Positions 36,001 to 49,058 of a stretch of 64,000 nt of DNA are shown in pieces. Location of the stretch: the NCBI GenBank assembly GCA_004431415.1, contig QPMI01000590.1:83306-147305 (forward strand). The letters run 5' to 3'. Origin of the DNA: Cyanophora paradoxa CCMP329. Lineage: Eukaryota > Plantae > Glaucophyta. The translations under genes and the position numbers were made by a program. The stretch's first letter is position 1; each line of letters starts with the position of its first letter. A model generated the notes under the pieces. It was not told the origin of the DNA. It saw nothing but the letters and a program-made list of their open reading frames with translations, and did not search any database.

Positions 36001-39000
36001 GCCCAGCGAAATTCGGGGCGAGCCTAGGCCCCGCGAATATCCGCGTCGCGGATCCACGATCACGCTCGATCGCTGGACGTCGCAAAGCTGTGAATTAGGG
36101 CCTCGCCCCTACGAGAACGCGGATTGTGGCCCCCGGCCCCGACGCGAATCGAAGCTCGCAACGGGCTCGACTCGTCCTCCCGAGTTCCGGTGAAACCGAG
36201 GCTAATCGCGAGCGTCAAGCTAGCGACTGGAATCGAATGTCGGGCTCCCACGCGTGGGCCAGCGCTACAACGTACAGCGGGCCCCAGAGCCGCTTGTCGA
36301 GCCGCGCACGACTCTTTTCACGTGCAATCGCGTGGCCGCGGACGCGGACACCGATCGCGAGCGCCACAAATATTCAAGCCGCAGCCACCATGGCCAGCGG
36401 GAATAAAGGCTGCAAACGTTAAACAAAACTAAACGGCTAGCCCTACCTTGCATAAACCGCGTGCACGTGCACGTGTGTGTTGCAGGCGCGGGTCTCAGCC
36501 CCGGCCAGGCCCACAGCATATGCATCGATATCGCGACCGGATATCGGATGCAGCCGCTGAGCAGCCGCGCTGAGCGCCGCGAAAAATTCGAAGCCTGAGC
36601 ACTTATGCGGTAGCTTTCTCAAAGAGGCTGCGCACACGGCCCCGTGGCCCCGGACCGACTCGCGAAACGACGTCGACTCGCGATCGCGAACGGACGATCG
36701 GCTGCGCTGAACAGCGCCCGGCTCTCTCTGCCAACGCCGGCACGCCGCTCGGCGAGCGCTGATGAGGCGCTGTAATGGAGCGCCGTGCTACAGAGCGCCG
36801 ATCCAGCTATCGAATGTACGGTCGCGATTTGCAGCGGCATACATTCGCGCGAGCACTCCGAGAACGGCGCTGGCAATGCCAGCCCGCCAAGGGCAGCGCT
36901 AGCTCGAAAAGAGCATTGCCGCCGCCCTGAGCCGGGACCTGTGCACCACTTTGCCAAACCCGGCGATGCTGCAGCTGGTGCTGGCTGCAGGCATTTTTCG
37001 CACCGTAGCGCAGCCTTCAGGGCTCGCAGCCCGGCCCGCGAAATTTACACGTGACCGCACGGCGGCAGGCCCAGGCCTCGGCACGGCCGCTCGCCGCCAA
37101 GCCTGCGCACGCGGCCTTCAGCCCCACCCGCCTTGCGGCACGTTCATGCCTCGACCTCCCGCTAAAACGCGGTGGGAGAGAGGATGAGGCAGGGAAGACT
37201 GCATGAGCTGCAGAAATCGTAATTCGCTACCGAGTGAAGCGAACCTGTCGACCGCACTGCGGCACCCAAATTCGAAAGCATCGCAATTCGAATTCGGAAT
37301 TCAATGATTCGGGACCGTGGGCGCGGCGCCGGATCCGATGATCCCCAGCCCGTTCTCGATCTGCGCGGCAGCGAGCCCTAGTGGCTGGCCCGTGCGCAAG
37401 CCACGCGTACGGTATCCAATTTTCGGAAAGCCGTTCCCACCTAGCTGGTGGAATCTGCCGGCTTCACACTCCGGAACACCCGCCACGGCCAACGAGAGAC
37501 AGCGAGCAAAAGCCGCTGAGCTTCATCGTCTGCTCTCTCAAAAGCCGCCACGGCCCACTGCGAGACAGCGAGCGAGAGCTCTATCGTCAGTTCTCTCGAG
37601 AGCACCGGGGCCCGGCCCCCGGTCCGCTAAGGGAACGCTTGCGATCGTGCATGATATCGTCGGCACGATATTGACGCTCGTATGCACGAGCACGGCTCCT
37701 GCAACCGGCCGCTACCGGTCCCGCCCCTGCAGCTGGGAACCAATCGCGTCGGTTGCACGCCGCGGCGCCCGCCTGCCGATCCCTATGGTGCTGCTAAAGC
37801 TGCCGCGCGTACGGCGGCTGGCGCCCAGCCATCAATACCACGGCATGCGCAGCCGCGCCCTGCACACGCACTTGTGCCCGGCGGCCGCAGTGCACGCCCG
37901 TGGCCGGCTGCCGCAGTGGCGAGGCCGTCGACGTCACGGCGCACGCCAGCGGACGTGAGGGCGCCCGCGTGCACAATCTTTGCTCCGGACGTTTCCCGGG
38001 CCCTCTAGATCTGTGCATGCGAATCACTTCGCGTCGCCACGAAAATTTTGCAGCACTAGAGTGCGGCAATTTAATTTCGCGCCCACGTGTGCGTGGCCAT
38101 GCCCAGCGGCCCGGCCCTTGCACGGCCCTTCGGCCAAGCATATGCATCATCCTCAGCCTCAGACCAGCCTCTGAGCCTGGTTCTGACGCTTACTAAAGCG
38201 GTCACGGCTCTTGCGACTCACCCGAGTCCGACGGTTGATCATGACCTCGATCTCGTGATTCCGCCCCGACGCCACGCGCGGCTCGGAACCGAGATGTAGG
38301 CTACGCGTCCGCGGCCCGCTCGAGAAGGCCAGACCGTCGGACCGTGCACGCACGGCCGATTTCGTACCTCTCGGCTCGCGAAATTTCGCGAGGGCCCAGC
38401 ATGGCGAAAGTCGTCGATTTTCGCTGGCGACCCGCCGGCCGGGCTCTCGTCCCGAGCAGCGGCGCGGATTTTCTCAAATTCTGCCCCGCAACCCGGACCA
38501 TCGGACGTTCGCGCATACCAAGTCACGCGGGCCCGGCTGCATGCAGCTGGCGCTCCTGCGAGCGAACGAGTTCGACATAGCTGTCAAATTCGTTCCGCGC
38601 TGGGCGGTGGCGACCCGGGATCTTATTCCCGGCAGTGGCGCACCCGCTTCATTCACTGAGGCCGCTCCCATAAATCTGGGTGCTGGCGCCCCGGCGCCTG
38701 GCCTACAAACCGCGAAAAGCAGCAACACGGGCCAACAGACACGAACATACACAGCCGAGCGCTATATATGCAAAATCGTGTTTCGGAAGCTCGGCCCAGG
38801 CCTTGAGCTGATCGACGACCGCTCGAGACTCGAAGCTCCGAGGCTCGATGCCCTCGTGCTCGACACGACTGGCGTCCGATCGAATCGCGACATTCGAACG
38901 GCGGGCACTGCAGTGCGATTGACTCGCGATCGGCACAATCGTGGCCGGCCGACGCAATTGCTCAGTTGCCCACAACTCAATTCAAATCGAAGCCAGCATC

Positions 39001-41737
39001 CATTCAACCTCGCTCTGGCCCCGCGGCTCACGCTTGCCCCTCGAGCTCGATTGAGCCCGAATCGAAAGCAAAGCGGCCCGGGACGCCATGGAATACAACG
39101 AAAGAGAGACGGTTACGGTCGTGCATGATCACGCCTCGCCGTGCTTTCTGCCCGCACTCGCGAATTTCTGCACCACGGCCTACTGTCCTGATCCAATCAC
39201 GGATCCCAGCGGCCTCAGCGTGCCAAAATTTCGCGGAAGACGGTGGAGCACCGGGGACGGTGCTTAACCGAAGAGGGAGTGGCATCAGGAGCAGCTCGCC
39301 GTGCTACGGCTTCCGCTCTTCAGCGGAAGAGGAGTACGTGCACATGCACTCGAGCCGAAGGCCGCGCGCCTCTTGGCCCGACGCTGGAGCGCCTCTCCGA
39401 TCGGCGCATTCCTGCCACGCCCCGACTTCCCCTCTTCAGTGGAAGAGGAGTCGGAATCAGACTCAAGCGCGCAGTCACGCCTGCTACGCGCGCGCCGCCC
39501 CATGGCCTGCAAATCAGCAGCCTGCCCCATGGCCAGCGCGCGCCGCCGCCCGCAGGCTGATCATGAGCGATCGAACCTAGCCGACCGCCTTGAGGTCCCC
39601 TCACACGGCGGCTTGCCGGGATCCGGGTCTCGCCATTAATATTGGCGAACTACATTCCGCCTCGGAAACCCATCGGTGGCGATGCCACTGGGGCTGACGG
39701 CCCGCAGGCCCTGTTGTTACGTGCACAGCCAGTGACCGTGTCCGGAACGGACTGGCAAGTGCTGTCTCGACAGAGCTTGAGAGCCCAGCTACGGCCAGTG
39801 CACTCGCTTGCACTACTCACCGATGTGGCCTTCTAAGGACCGGAATCGGATCTCAGCGGCCGACTGCATGCCGTGTAGCGGTCTGGCTACGCACAGAACA
39901 CGAATTCGAATTCATGATCAAGAGATCTGAATCTCTGAAGGATTCGCCGTTCATCAGCCTCGCCCGATCGCCTGGTATATGGAGAGGCGATCGGAGACGA
40001 GCCCGTAGCGAAGGCTGGCGAATCGGTTGCAATTCCGAGGGTCTCGGCACCGCGAACATGCAGTCTCGCGGGTCGCTGCAGAACCCCTTCCTGCGATCAC
40101 GACCCGCCAAGCTCGCCAGCGAGCCCGGCTAGGGCCGGATCACAGGGAGGCCCGGCCGAAGGAACGACTGATGGGATTCGCGGCCAGCACTCGCACGCGC
40201 CTTCAATCGATGGCCGCATCTCGCTGGAGCGTTGACACCCGGTCTCATCGCCAGCAGCTTAGCGCTGCGATGTCACGCACGCCGCGAGCGCGAGACCCTC
40301 CCCGAGGCTCCCCATCTCGTTCCAGGCCATACACAAACGCCAGTGCCAGCGCACACGTACACTGCTCTGCGCTCGCCAAGCGGGCGCCTCCGTCCCGTGG
40401 CCATGCGTGGCTCTACGTGTGCACTGCAGCCCTCACGCCCCAGCGCGTGTTCGGGGCCTGGCGTATGCTTCACGAGCTCCGACCCTGCTCGATTCCCCTC
40501 CAATGTACGTGAGCGACCTTGAACTCGCTTGCCTTCAGCATCGAGTTCGGCGGCTCCGCGTCTTTGGCCTCGTGATCCCGCCGCGGAAGTGCAACCGTGC
40601 ACTCTGCGGTCCTCGTGATCAGAGCCGGGAGCCGTGCAGATCGGACCCTGCACTGCAAGCTGCGCAACCCGACTCGTACGGAAGCGCCAAAGCAGTCACG
40701 GGATCGTTGGAGCATTTACATTCTGCGATGTTGAGCGGCTCGAGGGCTCGTACTTGCATCGTGTGCACTTGGTCACGAGCCCGAGCTCGAGACGCACGCG
40801 AATGCAAGGTCGCTGCTCATATCGACGTCGACGTCGACTGCATGCTTCATGAATCCACTCTGGCCGCACCGACAGCCGTCTGAGCCTGGAATAAAATATT
40901 CCGCTCGACGCATTTGCAAGCCGGCTGTGGATTGGAAGCCGGCAGACGCAAACCCGCCTTTAAGGCGTGCGAACCGGACGGTCAATTGCAACAAGCTTCA
41001 GTAGACCCTTCCCCAACCAAACAACCCGAACCAATCTATACCTTGCCCCGATGCTGCTCGCGGTCGCTGCGCCGTGGGGCAGATTTCTTTGCTCGCTTTG
41101 CCTCAGTCTTGGCTGAGGAGCGGGTCGCTACTGGTCGGGCCACCGTCTTGTCGGGTGAGACGATCAGTAGCGGGCGCCGTTCAGAGCCTTTCGTTCACTT
41201 TTCTGGAGCCTGGGCCCACGAGCTTGAAAAAGAGTGGTTGAGCGTGAGCTTTGCTGGCACATCTGGCCCCGAGAAGCAGGTGTTGTCGGGCGGTCCGCTC
41301 AAGCCGTGCCCTGCTCTTTCGTTGGGCCTGATGGGCGGCCCGGATACCTCCTCGTTGGTTTCTTCCCGAGGCGGTGAAACTTCCCATCCGTGCCACTCTC
41401 CAGCGGCCCTCGCCGTTTGGAGTGAGTTTGGGCCAGCGTTTACACCTTCCGAGTTTTTATGCTTTTCCCTTTCGAGCTTTCCCGCATGCACGCATTTGCC
41501 TCACCTGCCATGCCTTGCATACGACCTGGACGGGATCGATCTACAGCTACCTGGCCTTCTACCTGGCCTGCAGCTGTCTGCGTTCCTGTCCCCGGGCCGT
41601 GGCTCAGGTTCCTCGTCTTGGGGCCTGTCGGTACCCTCGAGCGGTGCACCCATCGGCGGTGTTGGGGACGCCCTCTTGCGGTTATGCCGACTGGAGTCAC
41701 GGTTTGACTGGCTACGTCGCGCGGACGCGACGTCAGC

Positions 41738-41747
41738 GGAAGAGGAG
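41738..41747 (+). other. Polypurine tract GGAAGAGGAG
   Basis: Purine run ending 1 nt before the 3' LTR. Confidence 0.8.
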
Positions 41748-41748
41748 T

Positions 41749-42036
41749 TGTCGCCTGGCTCGATTAATATTCCCAGGCCTTGCGGTGACTTAGTGACTAG
41801 AGCTAGTTGGTGCCTGACGTAGTCTGAGAGCCCTGGCATAGTCTCTCTTCCTGTAGGCTTACCTCTCGGTAGCCTACGCTGGCCTGCCTCTACCTGTCTT
41901 AGGGGTACAGAGTCAGTAGTCTTCCGGGTACACAGTGAATACACCAGCCTGCATCTACAGCTGCTCCAGCACAGGGAGCCGGCCCCGCGCAGTACTGCGC
42001 GGTGCCTAATCGGGTGGGAATACCTCCCATCCGACA
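41749..42036 (+). repeat. 3' LTR (288 bp)
   Basis: Copy of the 5' LTR with ATT expanded to ATTAATATT at 41763-41771. Confidence 0.95.
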
Positions 42037-42150
42037 GGCTGGAATCGTGAGGACGGGGCATAGGGGGGTGCGGGCGTTGGGCCATTGACATTAGGCCGGG
42101 CGGGCCGTTTAGGTGCCGCGGCGCTTGCACTGCGGCAGCTTTAAATTTTA

Positions 42151-42210
42151 CTTGAGCGCTCTCTAGAACTCTGGATATCGCTCGATTTGGAGTTCTAGAG
42201 AGCGCTCAAG
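42151..42210. repeat. Perfect 21-bp inverted repeat with 18-nt loop
   Basis: CTTGAGCGCTCTCTAGAACTC (42151-42171) and its reverse complement (42190-42210). Confidence 0.9.
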
Positions 42211-42763
42211 AGAGTCGCCCCGTAAGCCTAGGTTAATTTCCCTTGCCCAGACCCCGAGCCCAATTAACTGACGCGCGCGGCAGCAAGTCATGCGCATGCA
42301 GTGGCCGGCCCTAATAACTTAATAACTTAGTATAAGCGATCACAATGTGATTCAATTGTAATCGAGATTGTAAGTGATCGAGGTGCTGATCATTCTTCGA
42401 AATCATGATCAGTACGGAGACAAACCTAGAGCTACGTATACAACGAAACTCTCTTCCTAGGCCTAGGCTAACTGATCTACCTCTATTGAAATCTTGCACT
42501 TGGGAGCTGATCATGATCATTCACAAATGAAAGCTTTTTAAGCGCCGGCGCGCGCAAGCAGAACCAATCCGGTTCCATGGTTAATTAGAGCGTGCATACC
42601 GCACGTGCGAAAATCGCTCGGGTCGAGAGCGCAAAGGTCCTTGGGCTGTCTATCTGTCGTCTGATCTCTCTAGACTGGTTACACGTCGATCGCGATCGGA
42701 AAGAGGGCTCTGATCTGGCCCTGGGAGGGGAAAAGCCCGGTTGCGGCCGCCCGCGCGCAGCGC

Positions 42764-45051
42764 TCAGGCGAGGGTGACCGAGCCGAGGTCGAGCCAGGCG
42801 CCGGACTGCTCCGCGTTGGCAAAGCGGAAGGGGAGGCCGGCCGGCAGCGGGTTCGCCACCCGCATCGAGACGGTGTACTGGCCGCGGGGGACGGACGTCG
42901 TCGAACGGACAGTCGTGTACGCGAAGGGCTGGCGGGGCCCGTCAGCAATGAAATCAAACCCGATAGCGAAGAAGCTCGAGCGAGAAGCTGAGAACTAATT
43001 AGATCGAGACGCACCTGGCCGGGGAGCGTGGCGCGGATGTCCCAGTTAGTGGTCCATTGAGAGGCGACCTTGCCGTCCGCGCCCCGGAGGGCGACCTGCC
43101 TTGGCGGTAAGAAAAGCGCGAAACTTCCCATGGCCATGAGCTACATTGGCGGGGCCGCGCGCCTGGACGGGCCACTTGTAGTAGAAGGGGGCGACGCCGC
43201 GGTTCTCGATGTGGACGGTCAGGCGGAGCGTGCTCGTGGCCGTCGGCGCGAAGATCGCCTGAAAAAAACGGGGCGTTCAGAGCTCGAGGCGGGTTCGAAG
43301 GCGAAGAATAACAGCAAGCGCGCGCCTTGGGCACGTGGAGCTCGTAGCCCATCGCGCGGCCCGCAGCGTTGATGCGGCTCTTCTGCTGAGAAGGTCAGCA
43401 AGAGGCGCGAAACATTAGTAAAATAAAGAAGATTCCGCGCCTGCTCTCCAGACCAGATGGCGTCGAAGCCCTTGGCGAAAATCATCCACGAGGCGCGCGT
43501 CGTGCGAATGCACCTGCTGGAAGTGAGCAGGGAAAGAAAGGCGCCAGCAGTCAAGTTTTCCCGCGGCGCACTCAGAGACGGTGGCGCCATTGCCGGGGTC
43601 CGCGGCGGGGTTCGAGTCCCACATGCTCTTCGCGATGTCGGGGAAGACCTGCGCGGGAGACGCTGGTGAGCCGCGAGCCAAATGAAATGCGAGGGCGGGA
43701 ATCGCTTGCCTCGCCGCCGATCATCTGGGTCTTCCACGCATCGAGAGCACCGGCCTGTAGCGCGAAAGGCCACCAAAATTAGGGCGCAAAAAATGCAGGT
43801 ACACTTTTCCGCGGTTATAATCATCAGATCTCGCGAACCTTGCCGAGGCGAGTCATGAACGAGTACGTCGGGGCGCTCTTGACGAGGGTCTCGTGAACTT
43901 TGAGCACGTTAGAGGAAAGCGCGAGCGCTAGCGAATAATCTTTGGGCTCAAAATTCACCGAATGAGTCGTCGTGGAATCCGATGGGAAGACCGGCAGACA
44001 CCTCGTCGGGGTTCCGTGCCACGATCTTCGTCTGCTTGAACGCTTTGAGGAAGGCACGCGCGATGCGGTCCTTGATCGCCTGCGAGGGAGCGAGATCGTT
44101 CGACGGATACTGCGGAAGACCCGCGAGTCAGAAAAGCCGACAAAAGAGCCAGAACAAGATAGCTATAAAGGAATCAAATTTCGCGGACCGTGTGCCACTC
44201 GCCCCAGTAGCCGACGAGGCCCAGCATGATGGAGCCGATGCGGACGTCGCCGTCGTACTTGGCTCCGAGGGCGGCGATGAAGGTCTCGAGGGCAGAGCCA
44301 AGGATAGGGTTGTCGTAGTCAGGGCTGAGGCTCGGGCCGTTGCCGTAGTCGGAGTACGCAGTCGCCTTCACGCCGGAGCTGAGCAGGAACTGCGCGCCCG
44401 GAAACGCAAATTTCGCGCAGATAATCAGCATCGAAAACCGATTTCGCGCGCGGTGCATGCGCTGACCTTGGGGATGGCAGAAGGACGTCCGGGATAGTCC
44501 CTACGCGCGAAAGGGCAAGCAACGCGTCAATTTTGTATGAACGGCCAGTACTTGACGTGATGAGCGGGGAAAGCGCGATATCTAGAGCGCACATGTAGAA
44601 GCGGATGACCGCGTGATGTCCGCGAGCCCCGATAGAGCCCAGAATCTCGTCAACGGGACCCCAGGCAAAGGAGTTCGGGCCGACGAAGACGTCCGAGAGC
44701 GGGATATAGCTGAATTCCACCGCCTGCGCACGCGCAGGAGTCATGATCAGGCGCGTGCGCGCGAGAACACGATCGAGGCTCCTTGGATATCGATGCGTGT
44801 CTGCGACACGCACCCAGTCGGTTCCAGCAGAGTTGTCCTGTGGATAGAAAGACGCCCAGCCTGCGCGAAATTTTGAATTCGAATTTTGCGTGCAGCGGCG
44901 AAGGCCCGGCAGCGCGGCTGCAACGCGACACGAACGCACCTTTGAGCGGATTCGGGCCGTTGACGGGCTTGTAGGTGAGGGAGCCGCCAAAACAGGCGGC
45001 CGCGGCCGTGAAGAAGATCACAGCCGCGAGGAGGGAGCCGGAGCGGGCCAT
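42764..45051 (-). CDS. Secreted bacterial-type DUF4832-like putative glycoside hydrolase, copy 1; multi-exon, apparently intact
   Basis: Signal peptide MARSGSLLAAVIFFTAAAACFG; motifs NPLKG, YDGDVRI, GYWGEWH, GFHDDSF, IGGE, MGYEL, NRGVAPFYYKWPV, RFAN; about 13 introns. Confidence 0.8.
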
Positions 45052-46338
45052 TGCGACGATAGTCTTGTCGGGGCTTCGAGATCTCGAGGAAGCGACAGGA
45101 AGGCGCGATGCTGGCGCCTGAGACTTGGCGGGAATGAACTCTCGCCCTTTCGCGTTCGAGGCGACTGCGGGCGATTCGCGCATCAGAGACGCTGCGAATA
45201 CACTTTTCCAGGCGCCACTGAAGCCCCCGGAGCGCCACGCGGGCGCCCGGCGAGCGCACCTTGCCGGCCTCGGAACGATTTGAAAGTGAGGACTTCGCGG
45301 GCCGTGGCGGGAGTCAGGCAGCAGGGGGGGAGGACCTGGAGGGGAGAGGAGATCAGCGCCCCGGACCTGGAGGGGGGGGGGGGGGGGGGGGAATTATAAA
45401 GCGCCCCGGCCCGCGGTCCGAGAGAAGAATTCGAAAGGGGCGGATCTATATATAGCGCTAGCTGGATCGAGCTCGAGCTCGAGCGCTAGCTAGCTATAGT
45501 GCCTCGCGGAGCTCGCGAGGGGAGCTTAAAAGCTTGCAATATTAATTTAATTGAGCTCGAGATCTAGAAATTGCAACTGATTTAATGCAAAACTCGCGGA
45601 TCCGGCCGGAGGACCACGGATCCGGATCAGAGATAACTTCAAGTCACTATATATATAATTTATATACTAAAGGAGGTCGGCCTATACATAGCTCGGCGGG
45701 CCAGCTGGCGCCCAGCCTCCTCCTCAGGGCCTCCGGGGCCGGTTCTTATATAGCTCCGAGGCTCGGCGGGGGGGCGGCCCAGCGGGCTGGCCATGGCGCC
45801 CCGTTTTCTACGCTTAAGGCCTAGGAGACCGACCCACGTAGCTAAAGAATAAAAGAATATCTAAGCCCTGTAGCTAGTGAGATCCGTATCGCTGTAGCTC
45901 TGTCTTCAGCCTGCTTGTGCCTCGTGATATCGATGCAAGCTCTGATGGCTTCGATGCTTGCCAAGTTGCGCGCTTGTGAATTCCGATGTCAACAGCAGGA
46001 ACGTCTCGGAATAGCTGTAGAAAAGCTTATAATCATGATGTAAGTTTTCGAGACGTCAACCGGAGCCATCAAGCGACTCTCCTGACTTGGATTTGAGTTT
46101 GGCCCTCGCTGCGATCATGCTCGCGAAAGAATTCCCACTCGACGGCGCAGAGGCTGCCAGGCTGGGCCCGACCTCTGTGTCGGGGGCGGCGGCGGAGCCG
46201 GAATCGAGATCCTGAATGCATTCCTGCGGCAAACGTCGACGGGAGGCGGAGTTGTGATGCAATGATTGCGAGACCGAAATCGAGGGGGGTATGGATGCGT
46301 GCCTCAAACGGGAGACGAACGTTGGCAATACCCCCATC

Positions 46339-46410
46339 GTGTCGCTGATCGGGGCGCGGTCGTCCTGGAGTCGTCGTGTCGCTGATCGGGGCGCGGTCGT
46401 CCTGGAGTCG
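46339..46410. repeat. Short tandem duplication (~37-bp unit)
   Basis: GTGTCGCTGATCGGGGCGCGGTCGTCCTGGAGTCG occurs twice in tandem. Confidence 0.8.
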
Positions 46411-47029
46411 AAGGCGTTGGTGGTGAGGTGAGAGAAGGGCCGGGACCGGCGCGCCCAGGCGCGTGCGGCCGGGCAGCTGCGACCGCGCGCGAGCAGACAC
46501 GCGTACGTGCACCTCGCCGAGGTAGCGGGCGACGCCGGCGAGGTGCTCCCGCAAGGCCCGCAGCTCGCCCGCCGCCTCCTCCATCAGATCTTCCGCGGAG
46601 GGCACGAACCCCGGCGCCCCCTGAGTCCCCCCAGCGCCGAAGCGCCCCGGCACGCAGTGGACACGGCGCAGACCGACAGCTGCTGCCGGAAGCTGCCCGC
46701 GAGGCCTGCGAAGAAGCACGCCAAGTCAAGAGTCAGGACCAGAACCTGAAGTGAAGTGCCCTCGAGCGGCCGGGCGCGGGTTCGATTCGAAGGTCGCACC
46801 GGCGACATCCCAGGACATGCTCTGCGCGTCCGCGTCCGCCCCGCAGGCCGCCGCCTCCTCCCGGAGCTCCTTCAGGCTCTTCGAGTTTGCGCGAGTCGGC
46901 GGCGACGCCGGCGGTCAGTCTTAGGCGCCGGGGGCTCGCATATGACCTTTTTCATGAGCTGCTCCCGTTCTAAGAGAGCGTTCACCGGGACTGCGCGCGC
47001 AGCCGCGTCCGGGCTTAAATGAATTGGCG

Positions 47030-47305
47030 CCGGGGGGGCGCGGGGGAAGGAGAAGGAAGGGGGTGGGGAGGGGGCGGGGGGGTGGGGGGGGGGGGGGGGG
47101 GGGCAGCGGAGCGGGAGGGGTGAGGGGCGGTGAGGGGGTGGGGGGAGGGGGCGATGAGGGGGGTGGCGGGCGGAGTGGGCGAGGGGAGAGGGGTGGCGGC
47201 GGTCGATGGGGGGGGGGGAGGGGGGAGGGGGGGAGGGGGCTGGGGGGGAGAGAGCTCGAGGGGGGGAAGGGGAACGGGGGGAGGGCGGGGGAGGGGGGAG
47301 GGGGC
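47030..47305 (+). repeat. Poly-G / purine-rich low-complexity tract
   Basis: Long G runs; similar G/C tracts at 45372-45391, 47860-47920 and 48263-48327. Confidence 0.8.
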
Positions 47306-49058
47306 ACGTGCAGACGGCGAGGCTGGGGAGCTCGAGCTCCGGATCCTCCCGCACTGCGGCACTGCGGCGACGGGCGGCTCTTACAGAGTCGCTGGCACGC
47401 TGCAGCTGCCGTCGCAGAAGCTGAAGCTGTGACACAGCTGAAGTCTGGGCGGCTCTGGCCCGCAGTACTAGTGCGTTCAGTGCGCTGCGCCGTGCAGCCT
47501 GCGCATGCACGCGCACATGCGGCCAGCTTAAGAGCCGGCCTCCGGCCACGCTGAGGCCTCACTGCCGCCTTAGGGCCTGGGCCACGAACCACGGCTCAGG
47601 ACCCCAGAGTCAGACCTACGGGGCTCGAGCTCGGGACTTCGATCTCAGAGTCTGGGCCAGGAGTCAGGGGAGCGGACAGAGCTCGAGAGCAGGCTGCAGC
47701 TGGGCCGGCCGTGTATATATACGTACGTATACGTGCGCATTCGCGTGCACGTGGCGCCGCAGTGCTGGACTCCCCGGACTGCCCGGCCGCCCGGCCGCCG
47801 CCCAGGTCGCTAGCGCTCCGCCATCCGCTCCGATCCCCCCCGGGCCCGGGCCCGGGCCCGCCTGCCCCCACTCCCGCCCCCCCTCCCCCCCACCCCCGCC
47901 CCTCCTCCCCTCCCCCTCCCTTCGAGAATTCCATCACCACCCTCCTCTACCCCGATCGCGATTGCGAGCAAACCTTTAGGGCTCATCGGTCGTGGAGCAA
48001 AAAGTCGTGTACAAGTACCTGAGTGATGATCATGAGTGACGTCGACACCAGAGCGAATTCGAAATTCGTTCTTAAAGCTTCACCAGCTGCAGCCGAAATT
48101 AAAATGATTATAATTAGAAGAGAGACTGAGAAATCGTTCTTCACAAACTGCAGCCAGCTGCAGCTGCAGCAGAACTTTCGAAGTTCGTAGAGCTTAATTA
48201 GAAGCTTTATCGCCCCGGCCCGCCCGAGGCCAGCTTCTATATTAATTAATTAGGTTCCGAGGGCCCCGCCCCCCCCCCCCCCCCCTCCCCCCGCCCCCGC
48301 CCCCCCCCCCCCCTCCCCCCCCGCCCCAACATACACACACGCGCACACACCACTTCCTCCTCCAAGGCTCCTGGCCTGGCCTCCAAGGCTTCCCGATCGC
48401 GAGTCCCGGGACTCCCGGCCCAGGCGGACCTCCCCGGGCCCGGCTCCCGGGGTGTGGTTCCACGGCTTCACCCCAGACGTGCGAGACGCGGCGGTATATA
48501 CGTATGTGTGTTTTGGGGCTGCTCGACATGTACAGTTCTAGATCTAGATCTCCACCGAAGCTCGAGCGCCTCTAGCCTCTAGTAGACCTGGTCTTGAGCA
48601 CCTCGAAGATCGCTATCAGGGTCGCGGCACCCCAGTATAGAGCGAGCTGTGCAAGTCTATTACAAGATCGGTTAATTAATGGTTCTGTCTGTTTCATCGA
48701 AGGTTGACTGATCGCATGAAGCGTTAGCATGCATCCCGCATGCGCGAAAAATCGCTCGATAGCTAGCTAGCTACGTAGAGCCCGTCTCAGCAAGAAACTC
48801 GAAGTAGGAAAATCTACATCTAGAGCTACAAAATAGTCTAAAATCTACACACCACTCAGCTGCATCGTTTCATTGCAAAGCTCCAGCTAAATAAAAGCTG
48901 GCCTGCAACAGGCTGCAGGCCAAGGCCTACAGCTAGGCCTAGGCTGCAACGAACGTCAGTGTATTTTAGAGAATGGGCCTTGTTCTGGCCCCCAAGAAGA
49001 AAGTCCGCCATGTACTGTGAAGTACAGCGGCGCCGGCAGAGCCCGCGCGTCAGGCTGC

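Larger units (their letters stand above)
29754..42036 (+). mobile_element. Ty3/gypsy-derived non-autonomous LTR retrotransposon, 12.3 kb
   Basis: TGTCG...CGACA LTRs; 5-bp TSD GGCTG at 29749-29753 and 42037-42041; PPT before the 3' LTR. Weak relic pol motifs in gypsy order: RLWVDF ~33737, MP..FGL 33996-34019, IQADAY 34926, HP(E)SDG 38219. Confidence 0.9.

Noticed and set aside
46056-47022. Coding-like minus-strand fragments (EDLMEEAAGELRALREHL)
   Set aside because: Interrupted by stops and a tandem duplication; no recognisable domain or gene model.
47030-48330. Functional G-quadruplex or telomere-like role for poly-G/C tracts
   Set aside because: Irregular low-complexity runs prone to sequencing error; no repeat unit or positional evidence.
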